In this document: one piece after another, positions 29,525-38,700 of the stretch | How positions within the stretch are numbered: the stretch's first letter is position 1 | Layout: every line of letters begins with the position of its first letter | Origin: Actinomycetota bacterium | Lineage (GTDB): Bacteria; Actinomycetota; Acidimicrobiia; Spongiisociales; UBA11373 | Length of the DNA stretch: 64,000 nucleotides | Assembly: GCA_020444505.1 (NCBI GenBank) | Contig: JAHLKU010000003.1 | Span: forward strand, 21,824 to 85,823 | Reading direction: 5' to 3' | Made by a program: the position numbers and the translations under genes | Notes under the pieces: model-generated | The model's database searches: none | What the model was told of the DNA's origin: nothing | Seen by the model: only the letters and a program-made list of their open reading frames with translations

Positions 29525-30328
29525 ATGGACGCCGCCGCGTACCTGGACTACCTGGAGCGCCTCGTCGCCGACCTGGGGGAGGACCCGCGGGTGCGCGGCG
29601 TGCTCGCCTTCGGTTCGACCGCAGCCACCACCCACGAGCCCGACCGGTGGTCCGACCACGACCTGGGACTGGTGGTGGAGCAGGGCAGCGAGGAGGCGTT
29701 CCGCACCGATCCGTCCTGGCTGCCCGACCACGGCCGCCTGCTGCTGTGGATGCGCGAGGACCGGCGGAGCGTGAAGGGCGTCTTCGACGACGGGCACCAG
29801 GTCGAGGCGGCGGTGATCCCCCCCGAGGACCTGGCCCGGGTGCCCCTGGGCGCGGTCCGGGTGTTGCTCGACAAGGGCGGTGTGGCCGCCGCACTCCGGC
29901 AGCCGGGGAGGCCCGACCCGGCCGACGCCCGCAGGCCGGAGTCCCACCTGGTGGGCCAGTTCGTCACCGCGCTGCTGGTCGGCCTCGGGCGCTACGCCCG
30001 CGGCGAGGTGCTCAGCGGCGAGCAGTTCGTCAAGGTGCATGCGGCCGGGCACCTGCTCGCCCTGCTGCCGGCGGTGGCCCCGCCCGAGGACCCGGAGGCG
30101 CCGGACCCGGCCGACCCGTGGCGGCGGGTGGAGCGCGCCTACCCGGAGATCGCAGCGGAGGTGGCCGCGGCGCTCGACGCGGACGTGCCCCGGGCCGCGC
30201 TCGGCCTGCTGGCGGCGGCGGAGGCGTCGGTGATGCCGGCGGTGGGGGCCTGGCCGTCCGGGGTGGCGGCGATCGTGCGGCGGCGGGCGACCGGCCTCCT
30301 GGCGGCGCGGCAGACCCGGCGCCGGTAG
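29525..30328 (+). CDS. Pol-beta-superfamily nucleotidyltransferase (LinB/ANT-like)
   Basis: GVLAFGSTA...DRWSDHDL (GS plus DxD) followed by a helical C-terminal domain (GRYARGE, DPWRRVE). Confidence 0.65.
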   Translation: MDAAAYLDYLERLVADLGEDPRVRGVLAFGSTAATTHEPDRWSDHDLGLVVEQGSEEAFRTDPSWLPDHGRLLLWMREDRRSVKGVFDDGHQVEAAVIPPEDLARVPLGAVRVLLDKGGVAAALRQPGRPDPADARRPESHLVGQFVTALLVGLGRYARGEVLSGEQFVKVHAAGHLLALLPAVAPPEDPEAPDPADPWRRVERAYPEIAAEVAAALDADVPRAALGLLAAAEASVMPAVGAWPSGVAAIVRRRATGLLAARQTRRR

Positions 30329-30367
30329 GCGCCGGGCCGGTCGTCTCGTGCTGTCCTCAGACGGTGC

Positions 30368-30586
30368 TCACCCCGCAGCAGCCAGGTCCACCGCACCGCA
30401 GCACGGGCACAGGGTGTCGGCCCCGGCGGTCCGGCGATCGGCCACACAGGCCGTGCAGTAGACCTTGCCGCAGGAGCGGCATTGCGCCCAGTCGGCCCCG
30501 GTGTCCCGGGGGTCCCGGCCGCAGCGGCAGCACGTGCTGTTGAGGGTCGCCGTGGCGGCGACGGAGGAGCAGGGTCGTTCGGTCAT
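30368..30586 (-). CDS. Small Cys-rich zinc-finger protein (FYVE/RING-like, four CxxC)
   Basis: 72 aa: CCRC-x13-CRSC-x4-CTAC-x12-CPCC; GGAGAAGG RBS upstream. Confidence 0.6.
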   Translation of the reverse strand: MTERPCSSVAATATLNSTCCRCGRDPRDTGADWAQCRSCGKVYCTACVADRRTAGADTLCPCCGAVDLAAAG

Positions 30587-30673
30587 GTGCCTTCTCCCGG
30601 TCAGCCGACATCGTCCTCCCGGGGGCGAGGTGCGGCCAAGGGGCTTTGGTCACCTCTGTGGACGGGGCGGCGG

Positions 30674-32092
30674 TCAGGCCGGGTCGTGGGGGAGCGAGCC
30701 GCGGGCGGCCCGGAGGAAGGCGTAGGGGGTCTCGAAGCGGAAGTTGGAGGCCCGGGATGTGTAGACGTCGGCGTAGCGCTCCACCTGGCGGGCGAACAGG
30801 CTCTTGTCGTTGCCGCTGCGCATCAGCGGCCCCCAGGCCTCGTTGCGGAGGCGGCCGGCGGCCCTGGCGAGCGGGGCGATCTCCTCGTCGAGGGCGACGA
30901 TCTCGGCCCGGAGGTCCTCGACGGCCCTGGTGAGGGCGCGATGGCCCTCACCGGCGGCCATGGCGTGCTGGCGCTCCAGGCGGAGCAGCGAGAGGCGGCG
31001 CTGCAGGTCTTCCTTCCGGGTCATCTGCGCCTGCAGGTCGTGCTCGGTGGGGACGAACTCGCTCTGGTCGAGGATCTCCGACTCCAGCTCGCGGATGATG
31101 AGCGCCGTCCGCCACCGCAGCAGCGTCTTGGACACGTGCACGTCGGCGAACAGGTGGTCGCCCACGTAGAGGATCTGGTCGCCGGAGAGCCCGAGCGACT
31201 CCTCGAGGTCGGCGGCGTTGCCCCCGAAGTAGACGGCCCCCGGAGCGATGGCCCCGGGGTGGGGGCGGAGCAGCCCGCGCTCCTCGTCCACCACCTCGAA
31301 CCACGGCGCCGACCCCTCGAAGAACCCCGGCTTGGACGACGACACGATCACCACCTCGAACAGGTCGCGCCAGGTGGTGCCGGCGGGGAGGTGGGGGTCG
31401 AGGGCGTAGGCCATCATCCGCTTCGTGTAGTCCCATCCCGAGTTGGTGATGAGCAGCAGGCGCTTCCCGGCGCCGTGCTGGTCCACCAGGGCGGCCGCCA
31501 TGTCGGGGTCGTGGACCACGTAGCGCTCGGGGTCGGCGGTGATCTTGTCCTTCAGGGCGCCCTCCATGTGCGCCTCGTCGATGGTCTCGCGCACCGCCCG
31601 GTACACGTCGGTGTAGGACATGCCCTTGGGGAGGAGGCCCTCGTCGAGGAGGTCGACCAGCTGGGCGAACAGGTGGGCCTCGGAGAGCGAGAACAGCGTG
31701 TTGAGGAATACGAAGCGGTCCTCGGCGAGATTCACGACGGTGCCGTGGTAGGCCCGGCGGAGCCGGTCGTAGTCGAGCGGCTCGGTGCCGTGCGACGCCT
31801 TGATGACGTACCCGAAACGGGTCGGCTTCACCAGGTTGCCGAGCTCGAGGTCGAGGGTGAGCCCCCGGATGACGGTGGCGGGGTCGAAGGCGAGGCCGTC
31901 CACCGGCCAGCCCCTGGCGGCGAGGGCGGCGCGTGCGGCCTCGTACGCGCCCCGCTCCCACTCCTCCACGCGGTAGTGGATGAGGGTGTAGTCCATGTCG
32001 TAGCCGATGGCCCGGATGCTGCGCAGGTTGAGCGTGCGGTTGGCGTAGATGCGCCGCTCGGGGGGGACGGCGGGCGGGGGGGAGGATTCCAT
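30674..32092 (-). CDS. HAD-IG family 5'-nucleotidase (cN-II-like)
   Basis: IYANRTLNL, GYDMDYTL (DxDxT), FLNTLFSL, ITNS, KPGFF, YVGDHLFADV, RYADVYTS. Confidence 0.92.
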   Translation of the reverse strand: MESSPPPAVPPERRIYANRTLNLRSIRAIGYDMDYTLIHYRVEEWERGAYEAARAALAARGWPVDGLAFDPATVIRGLTLDLELGNLVKPTRFGYVIKASHGTEPLDYDRLRRAYHGTVVNLAEDRFVFLNTLFSLSEAHLFAQLVDLLDEGLLPKGMSYTDVYRAVRETIDEAHMEGALKDKITADPERYVVHDPDMAAALVDQHGAGKRLLLITNSGWDYTKRMMAYALDPHLPAGTTWRDLFEVVIVSSSKPGFFEGSAPWFEVVDEERGLLRPHPGAIAPGAVYFGGNAADLEESLGLSGDQILYVGDHLFADVHVSKTLLRWRTALIIRELESEILDQSEFVPTEHDLQAQMTRKEDLQRRLSLLRLERQHAMAAGEGHRALTRAVEDLRAEIVALDEEIAPLARAAGRLRNEAWGPLMRSGNDKSLFARQVERYADVYTSRASNFRFETPYAFLRAARGSLPHDPA

Positions 32093-32177
32093 GGCTGCAT
32101 GCTAGGGCTGCAGGGATCCCCTCCAGCCGGGCACGTCGATCGAGTGATTCGATGGTCTGAAGTACTTGAGCAACGAG

Positions 32178-32222
32178 TTGCACGGTCGGTAGAACCATGA
32201 TACTGTTCGACACAGATCGAAC
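32178..32222 (+). promoter_or_regulatory. Sigma70-type promoter (TTGCAC-N17-TACTGT, extended TGn) with an overlapping GTTCGA-N6-TCGAAC inverted repeat (probable ArsR operator)
   Basis: Directly visible in the locally AT-richer segment upstream of the ArsR gene. Confidence 0.65.
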
Positions 32223-32240
32223 GCCGTCAAGGAGATCGAC

Positions 32241-33326
32241 ATGACCACCACCACGCCCAAGGTCCGGGACTTCACCACCGCCGATCAGGGCCTGCGCGTC
32301 GACGTCGCCTCGGGTGAGGCGTTCGAGCTGCTGTTGAGCCTGTACGCCCTCTCCGGAGAGGAGGACCCCGCCGCATTCGAGATCGGGTCCGACTGGTTCG
32401 AGGGGGTCGAGGAACGGGCCGGGGCCGACCTGGTGGCCGAGTTGCGCGAGTACGGCGATTGGTCGGTGTGGCTGGCGCTGCTGGGCGAGGCCTTCGGCCT
32501 CGGCGCCCCGCACACCGTGGAGCGGCTGCTGGAGCACCTGGACACCGTCGATCCCGTGGTGCTGCGCCGGGGGCTCCTCGAAGTGGGGGCCTGCCACGCC
32601 AGCGAGACGGTGGACGCCGGGCAAGTGGACGCCGTCGCCGCCGGGGACCCGGAGGCCGTGGCCTCCGCCGCCGAGTGGTGCGACAAGTGCCCCGGCCTGC
32701 TCCGTCTGCTGCAGATGCCGCCGGAGGAGAGCAGGGATCGCCTCGCCGCCATGCTGCGCCGCTTCGCCGAGGCAGGGCCGATCCCCGACGGGGTGGGCCG
32801 CACGCTGGAGCGGGACGCCGAGCACAAGCGGTCGCTGGCCCGCAGGGTCGAGCCGGTCCGCCTGGTGGAGAAGGCGACCAACGGGATCACGGTGGCGCCC
32901 CACCCCGGGTTGGAGGGGGTCGTGCTGGTGCCCTCGGTGGTCCTCCGGCCCTGGGTGATCATCGCCGAACGGGCCGGGACGCAGATCCTGTGCTACTCGG
33001 TGGACGAGGAGATCCTGGGCAGCGACCCCGACGCCCCGCCCACCTGGCTGGTGCAGTTCTACAAGGCGCTGGGCGACGAGCGCCGGTTGGCGATCCTGCG
33101 GCGCCTGGCCGAGGGCCCCGCCGGGCTGAGCGACCTGGCGGAGATGCTCGACCTCGCCAAATCCACGGTGCACCACCACGTCCGCCAGCTGCGGACGGCC
33201 GGCCTGGTCCGGGTGACGGTGGGTGCGGACAAGGAGTACTCGCTGCGGATGGGCGCCGTCCCGGAGGCGACCCGGATGCTGGAAGGGTTCCTGGGGACGA
33301 TCGACGACGAGATGGGAGACCACTGA
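32241..33326 (+). CDS. ArsR/SmtB-family transcriptional regulator with a large N-terminal domain
   Basis: C-terminal KALGDERRLAILRRL...LAKSTVHHHVRQLRTAGLV wHTH; AAGGAG RBS. Confidence 0.85.
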   Translation: MTTTTPKVRDFTTADQGLRVDVASGEAFELLLSLYALSGEEDPAAFEIGSDWFEGVEERAGADLVAELREYGDWSVWLALLGEAFGLGAPHTVERLLEHLDTVDPVVLRRGLLEVGACHASETVDAGQVDAVAAGDPEAVASAAEWCDKCPGLLRLLQMPPEESRDRLAAMLRRFAEAGPIPDGVGRTLERDAEHKRSLARRVEPVRLVEKATNGITVAPHPGLEGVVLVPSVVLRPWVIIAERAGTQILCYSVDEEILGSDPDAPPTWLVQFYKALGDERRLAILRRLAEGPAGLSDLAEMLDLAKSTVHHHVRQLRTAGLVRVTVGADKEYSLRMGAVPEATRMLEGFLGTIDDEMGDH

Positions 33327-33520
33327 TGTACGCACACATGCACACGACCATGGTCCGTGCCCTGCAGGCCGAGCGCCGGGCGGCGGTCGAGCGGAGTGCC
33401 GGCTTGCGCACCGCCCGGGCGGCTCCGGTGGGGGATGCGCTCGCCCGGCCGGTGTTGCCGGCGCCGACGGCGGCGTGCGACCCGCACGACGACGCCCCGG
33501 TGACCCGGCGGGCCGCGTAG
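33326..33520 (+). CDS. Small hypothetical protein (64 aa) coupled to the ArsR gene
   Basis: TGATG overlap and GGGAG RBS; followed by a strong hairpin. Confidence 0.45.
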   Translation: MYAHMHTTMVRALQAERRAAVERSAGLRTARAAPVGDALARPVLPAPTAACDPHDDAPVTRRAA

Positions 33521-33555
33521 CCGTCCCGCCGCCCCACCGGGGGCACGGACTCCTC

Positions 33556-33586
33556 CCTCCGCCGCAGCCGTGTGCTGCGGCGGAGG
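33556..33586 (+). terminator. 13-bp hairpin, probable terminator
   Basis: CCTCCGCCGCAGC-CGTGT-GCTGCGGCGGAGG between convergent transcription units. Confidence 0.6.
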
Positions 33587-33853
33587 CGCGTCCGGGAAGG
33601 TTCACGGACGGTTCCCCGGCCCGTCACACCGGGTTCACCCTGGCCCCGTACCGTGGCCGCCGTCGACCAGACCCGGGCACCGAACGAACTCCGCCATGGT
33701 TCGCCGGCCGGGGGCAGCCTCCCTCCCGGGTGCCCCGCTCGGACCGGTTCGCCGGGAATGGGAGATCGGCGCCGCAGCCCACGGGTTGCGGCGCTGTCGC
33801 GTCCGGCACGCCCCGGGCGGGGCCGCCGCCTGCGAGACCGGCGGCTGCCGGGC

Positions 33854-34969
33854 CTAGCCGGTGCCCTCGGGGGCGCCGCGCGACTCGAAGTCCTCGACCG
33901 GGTGCTCCGGTTGCACCGGGGCGCGGGAGGGCGTGTCCTCCGGCTGGGAGGTGTGCAGCCACACGGTGCGCTGCGGGAACGGGATCTCGATCCCCTGGCG
34001 ATCGAAGGCGGCCTTGAGGCGCTTGCGGACCTCGCGTGCGGTGGCCCACTGCTCGCCGGGCTCCACCTTCAGGACGAGCCGGATGGCGATCGACGAGGCG
34101 CCGAACGACTCGACGCCCCAGATCTCGGGCTCCTCGAGCACGGTGGCGGTGTCCAGGTCGTCCTGCCACACGCCGTCGGCCACCTCCTTGATCACCGACA
34201 CGGCGAAGGGGATGTCGGTGTCGTAGGCGACCTCCACGTCGAGGACGGCCCGCGCCCACTGCTGCGACTTGTTGCCGACGCGCCGGATCTCGCCATTGGG
34301 GACGAACCACACCGTCCCGTTGACGTCGCGGAGGCGGGTGGTGCGGAGGCGGATCTCCTCGACCACGCCGGCGGCGTCGCCGACGTCGATGATGTCGCCG
34401 ACCCCGTACTGGTCCTCCACGAGCATGAAGATGCCGCTGAGGAAGTCCCTGACGAGCGTTTGGGCACCGAAGCCGAGGGCCACGCCGGCGATCCCGGCAC
34501 TGGCGATCAGCGGTCCGAGCGACACGTCGAACTCCGCCAGCGCCATCATCAGCGCCACCGTGTAGATGACGAGCGAGGCGACACTGCGGAGCACCGTGCC
34601 GAGCGCCTGGGCGCGCTGCTTGCCCCGTTCGGCCTGGTCGGCGATGAGGCGGGCCTTCTTCATGGCCCGGTGGAGGGACTGGGTGAAGCGCCCGTCCTCC
34701 ACCTCCTCCTCGTGCCGCTCGGAGGCCCTGGCCTCGCGGTCGGTGACGAGGCGCTGGACGAAGCCGTCGATGGCGCGCCGGACGATGCGGTTCAGAACCC
34801 ACGCGGCGAACAGGAACACCACGGCCATCACCGGCTTGGTGGCGACCTGGGCGAACTCCGCCGCCCCGGCGTTGCCGGTCAGGTCGTAGACCCACTTGCA
34901 CAGGATGCCGGGCTCGGCGCCGCAGGCATCGGTGAGGCCGGCGGTGGTCTGCATCAGGGCCACGAGCAT
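33854..34969 (-). CDS. MscS-family mechanosensitive channel
   Basis: SAGIAGVALGFGAQTLVRDFLSGIFMLVEDQYGVGD, GVVEEIRLRTTRLRDVNG.VWFVPNG, GIEIPFPQR. Confidence 0.93.
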   Translation of the reverse strand: MLVALMQTTAGLTDACGAEPGILCKWVYDLTGNAGAAEFAQVATKPVMAVVFLFAAWVLNRIVRRAIDGFVQRLVTDREARASERHEEEVEDGRFTQSLHRAMKKARLIADQAERGKQRAQALGTVLRSVASLVIYTVALMMALAEFDVSLGPLIASAGIAGVALGFGAQTLVRDFLSGIFMLVEDQYGVGDIIDVGDAAGVVEEIRLRTTRLRDVNGTVWFVPNGEIRRVGNKSQQWARAVLDVEVAYDTDIPFAVSVIKEVADGVWQDDLDTATVLEEPEIWGVESFGASSIAIRLVLKVEPGEQWATAREVRKRLKAAFDRQGIEIPFPQRTVWLHTSQPEDTPSRAPVQPEHPVEDFESRGAPEGTG

Positions 34970-35054
34970 GGGTGTCCTCCTGCCGTCGTCGGCACGACGC
35001 TACCGCGGACGGCGCCGCAGACCTAGGCTGACGGCCTCCCGGGGACGGAGCGCC

Positions 35055-35894
35055 ATGCCCATGGATGCCCATCGCGAGGCCAATCGCCGCAACTGGGACG
35101 ACCGCGTCCCCATCCACCTGGGCAGCGAGGAGTACGCCGTCGAGCGCTTCGTCGCCGACCCGGGGCACCTCAGCAGCGTCGTCGAGTTCGACCGGGAGGT
35201 GCTGGGCGACGTGGCCGGGCTGCGGCTGCTGCACCTGCAGTGCCACTTCGGCAAGGACACGCTCTCGTGGGCGCGCCTCGGCGCCGAGGTGACCGGGGTG
35301 GACTTCTCCGAGCGGGCGGTGGCGGAGGCCAGGAGGCTCGCCGAGCGCTCCGGCGTGCCCGGCCGGTTCGTGACCGCCGAGGTGTACGACGCAGGGGAGG
35401 CCCTGGCGGGGGAGCGGTTCGACGTCGTGTACACCGGCGTCGGGGCGATCAACTGGCTGCCCGACATCGCAGGGTGGGCGCGGGTCGCCGCCGGGCTGCT
35501 CGACCCGGGCGGCAGGCTGTACGTGCGGGAGGGCCACCCGGTGCTGTGGAGCCTCGACTGGCGCGAGGACGACGACGAGCTGTCCATCCGGTTCCCCTAC
35601 TTCGAGACCCGGGACCCGGTGGAGTGGGTGGAGGACCACACCTACGCCGGCGAGGGGACGCTGGCCAATCCCACCCAGTACGAGTGGAACCACGGCATCG
35701 GCGAGATCGTCACCGCGGTGCTCGACGCCGGGCTCGAGGTGCGCATGCTGCGCGAGCACCGCGAACTGGAGTGGCAGGGCCTGCCGCACATGGAGGAGGG
35801 CCCCGACGGGCGGTGGCGGCTGCCTCCCGCCCAGCGCGACCTGGTGCCGCTGATGTTCAGCCTGCTGGCCGTGCGGCCCGCCGCCGGGGGGTAG
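35055..35894 (+). CDS. Class I SAM-dependent methyltransferase
   Basis: NRRNWD, LLHLQCHFGKDT, VTGVDFSE, FDVVYTGVGAINWLPD, LDPGGRLYVREGHP. Confidence 0.85.
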   Translation: MPMDAHREANRRNWDDRVPIHLGSEEYAVERFVADPGHLSSVVEFDREVLGDVAGLRLLHLQCHFGKDTLSWARLGAEVTGVDFSERAVAEARRLAERSGVPGRFVTAEVYDAGEALAGERFDVVYTGVGAINWLPDIAGWARVAAGLLDPGGRLYVREGHPVLWSLDWREDDDELSIRFPYFETRDPVEWVEDHTYAGEGTLANPTQYEWNHGIGEIVTAVLDAGLEVRMLREHRELEWQGLPHMEEGPDGRWRLPPAQRDLVPLMFSLLAVRPAAGG

Positions 35895-35933
35895 GGTCGG
35901 CGCGAAGCCCGGTGGATCCCCCGGAGGTGCGCC

Positions 35934-37451
35934 ATGATCCCCACCGACCACCACCCGCCCGACTGCCTCACCACCCGAGACGGCCGCCTGTTCATCGAGG
36001 ACTGCGACACCGTCGCCCTCGTCGAGGAGTTCGGCAGCCCGATCTTCGCCTTCTCGGAGCGGCAGATCACCGAGAACTACACCCGGTTCCGCGACGCCTT
36101 CGCCGCCGGGTGGGAGCACGGGCCGGTCGACGTGATGCCGGCCATGAAGGCCAACACGATCCTGGCGATCCGCCGGCTGCTCACCAACCTCGGCGCCGGC
36201 GCCGACCTCTACTCGCCGGAGGAACTGGAGGGGGCGCTCCGCACCGGCGTGGACCCGGAGCGGACCTCGGCCAACGGCGGCGGCAAGAGCCGCGAGCACC
36301 TGCGGCGGTGCATCGAGGCGGGGGTGCGGATCACGGTGGAGGACCTCCACGAGATCGACTGGATCCAGGAGGAGGCGGCGGCGCTGGGGGCCACCGCCAG
36401 GATCCGGCTGCGGGTGAAGCCGGCGCTGCCCAACCTGTGGCGCCGCACGGACTTCTCCCAGCTCTGGGTGCCCATCGACCTGGGCGTCCAGGTGTACAAG
36501 TCGGGCATCCCGCCCGAGTACCTGGTCGACCTGGGCCGCAAGGCGTTCGCCGCCCCCAACGTGGAACTGGTCGGCCTGCACTTCCATGCCGGCCGCCACC
36601 ACCCGAGCCTGTGGTTCTGGCAGGGGATGATGGTGCGCTTCGCCCGCCTGGTGGGCGAGCTGTGCCGGGCGTGGGACGGCTGGAAGCCGCAGGAGATCGA
36701 CATCGGCGGCGGCATGGCCAGCCGGCGCGACCCGCACAACAAGGAGTTCGGCCGCTGGGAGTTCCTGCTCACCGCCGCCGGCTACCCGTTCCTGGTGGGG
36801 CTGCGGGGCCTGGGCGAGCAGGTGTACCACACGCTGCTGGGCAAGATCGTCAACGCCCTGCGCGAGTACCCCGACCCCAGGGGCGTGCCCACCATCGAGC
36901 AGTACGCCGCCACCATCACCGGCACGCTCAGCCGCGAGCTGCAGGCCCAGGGCGTCGCCCTGGACGGCGTCCGGCTGCAGACCGAGCCGGGGCGCAGCCT
37001 GTACGGCGACACCGCCGTCCACCTGTCGAAGGTGAAGGTGGTCAAGGAGCAGACGCAGCCGATCCCCTACACCTGGGTGCTGCTCGACACCACCTACTTC
37101 TTCCTCGCCGGCGGCGTCTACGAGAAGAACCGGCACCCCTACCTGGTGGCGAACAAGGCCGACGAGCCGGCCGACCTGCTCGCCGACATCGTCGGGCATT
37201 CCTGCTACGCCGACCAGATCGTGCTCGGCGCCAAGCTGCCCCGGGTGGAGCCGGGCGACGTGATGGCGATCCTCGAGGCCGGCGCCTACCAGGAGTCGTC
37301 GGCGTCGAACTTCAACGCCCTGCCCCGGCCGGCCACCGTGCTGGTGCGCGGCGACCGGGCCGAACTGATCAAGAGGAGCGAGACGATCGACGAGATCTAC
37401 GGGCGCGACATCGTGCCGGCCCGGCTGGGGGAGCAAGGGGCCGGAGCGTGA
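35934..37451 (+). CDS. LysA-like fold-type III PLP-dependent decarboxylase (divergent, with an insertion)
   Basis: EEFGSP, PAMKAN (PLP Lys), GLHFHAG, IDIGGG, TEPGRSL, IVGHSC, GAYQES.ASNFN.LPRPA. Confidence 0.8.
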   Translation: MIPTDHHPPDCLTTRDGRLFIEDCDTVALVEEFGSPIFAFSERQITENYTRFRDAFAAGWEHGPVDVMPAMKANTILAIRRLLTNLGAGADLYSPEELEGALRTGVDPERTSANGGGKSREHLRRCIEAGVRITVEDLHEIDWIQEEAAALGATARIRLRVKPALPNLWRRTDFSQLWVPIDLGVQVYKSGIPPEYLVDLGRKAFAAPNVELVGLHFHAGRHHPSLWFWQGMMVRFARLVGELCRAWDGWKPQEIDIGGGMASRRDPHNKEFGRWEFLLTAAGYPFLVGLRGLGEQVYHTLLGKIVNALREYPDPRGVPTIEQYAATITGTLSRELQAQGVALDGVRLQTEPGRSLYGDTAVHLSKVKVVKEQTQPIPYTWVLLDTTYFFLAGGVYEKNRHPYLVANKADEPADLLADIVGHSCYADQIVLGAKLPRVEPGDVMAILEAGAYQESSASNFNALPRPATVLVRGDRAELIKRSETIDEIYGRDIVPARLGEQGAGA

Positions 37452-37840
37452 CCTCCGACGCCGGCACCTGGGTGGTGGCGGCCCTCATGGTGGTGGCGGC
37501 CCTGGTCATCGGGCTGTTCTGGATCACCTGGTTCCGCCGGGACCACGACGAGGCCTGGCTGCCGGAGGGCTACGAGACCCACGAGGCCCCCTTCGTGTGG
37601 ACCGACGTGCCGCTGGCGGTGCTGCTGGTGGCCGCCGCGGTGCTGCTGGTGCTGGAGGAGCCGCTGGGAGAGCGGCTGGCGCTGGTGGCCGCCGGGGCGC
37701 TGGCGTTCCTCGGTGTGCTCGACACCGCCTACTTCGCCCGCACCGGCATGTTCCGCCGGGAGCGCGACGGCCTCGCCAACCTGGGCGTGGTCTCCGGGGT
37801 GCTGCTGCTGAGCGCCATCCTGCTGGTGAGGTACCTGTGA
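37448..37840 (+). CDS. Four-TM membrane protein
   Basis: Hydrophobic helices, YETHEAPF...D motif; GTGA overlaps at both ends. Confidence 0.7.
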   Translation: MTSDAGTWVVAALMVVAALVIGLFWITWFRRDHDEAWLPEGYETHEAPFVWTDVPLAVLLVAAAVLLVLEEPLGERLALVAAGALAFLGVLDTAYFARTGMFRRERDGLANLGVVSGVLLLSAILLVRYL

Positions 37841-38649
37841 GCTTCGGGGGCCGCCACGCCGTCGTGACCGGGGGATCGTCGGGGATCGGCCTGGCCACGG
37901 TCCGGATGCTGGTGGCCGACGGGGCGAGGGTGTCGGTCATCGCCCTCGACGACGGGTACCTGGCGGCGCTGGCGGCCGACCCGCCGACGGGGGAGCACCC
38001 GGTGCACCTGGAGGCGGCCGACGTCTCCGACCGTGCGCAGGCCGAGGCGGCGGTGACGGCGTGCGTTGCCGCCCACGGGCCGTGCGACGTGCTCATCACC
38101 TGTGCGGGGATCGTCCTGCCGGGCTACTTCGAGGACCTCGACGTGGCCGAGTTCGAGCGCGAGATGGCCGTCAACTACCTGGGCACCCTGTACGCAGTGA
38201 AGGCGGTGGTGCCCTCGATGCTGGAGCGGGGCGGGGGGGCGATCGCCTGCATCTCGTCCACGGCAGGGCTGATCCCGGTGTTCGGGTACACCGCCTACGG
38301 GCCGACGAAGTACGCGGTCCGGGGCCTGTGTGAGATCCTCCGCAACGAGATGAAGCCGCGGGGCATCACCGTGTCGGCGGTGTACCCGTCCGACGTGGAC
38401 ACCCCGCAACTGGCGTTCGAGGAGCCGCACAAGCCTGCGGAGTTGCGGGCCGTGGCGGGGACGGTGAAGCCGGTGAGCGCCGAGCAGGTGGCGGCGGCGA
38501 TCCTGGAGGGGATCCGCAAGGGCTCGGCGGTGATCTACCCGGAGGCGAAGACACGCTTCCTGGCGAGGGTCGCGGGGGCGTTCCCCGGCCTGACGAGGTC
38601 CATCCTGGACCGGATCGTCGGCAGGGCCCGGCGCAGGCGGCTCACCTGA
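37837..38649 (+). CDS. SDR oxidoreductase, 3-ketodihydrosphingosine reductase (KDSR)-like
   Basis: TGGSSGIG, SSTAGLIPVFGYTAYGPTKYAVRGL (YxxxK), YPSDVDTPQLAFEEPHKP. Confidence 0.8.
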   Translation: MSFGGRHAVVTGGSSGIGLATVRMLVADGARVSVIALDDGYLAALAADPPTGEHPVHLEAADVSDRAQAEAAVTACVAAHGPCDVLITCAGIVLPGYFEDLDVAEFEREMAVNYLGTLYAVKAVVPSMLERGGGAIACISSTAGLIPVFGYTAYGPTKYAVRGLCEILRNEMKPRGITVSAVYPSDVDTPQLAFEEPHKPAELRAVAGTVKPVSAEQVAAAILEGIRKGSAVIYPEAKTRFLARVAGAFPGLTRSILDRIVGRARRRRLT

Positions 38650-38669
38650 CGGGGGAGGCCTCCCGGGAC

Positions 38670-38700
38670 AACATTGTGCTATCATAACTAGCACAATGTT
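38670..38700. promoter_or_regulatory. YtrA-type GntR operator: 12-bp inverted repeat overlapping the start codon
   Basis: AACATTGTGCTA-TCATAAC-TAGCACAATGTT, AT-rich, covering ATG 38696. Confidence 0.8.

Noticed and set aside
33624..37436. Very long alternative-frame ORFs (e.g. 1270 aa here, 1607 aa at 58286..63109, 985 aa at 2487..5444, 979 aa at 11659..14598)
   Set aside because: Stop-poor shadow frames typical of high-GC DNA, lying opposite well-supported genes and lacking motifs (only the 62633-63109 tail of the 1607-aa ORF is a real gene)
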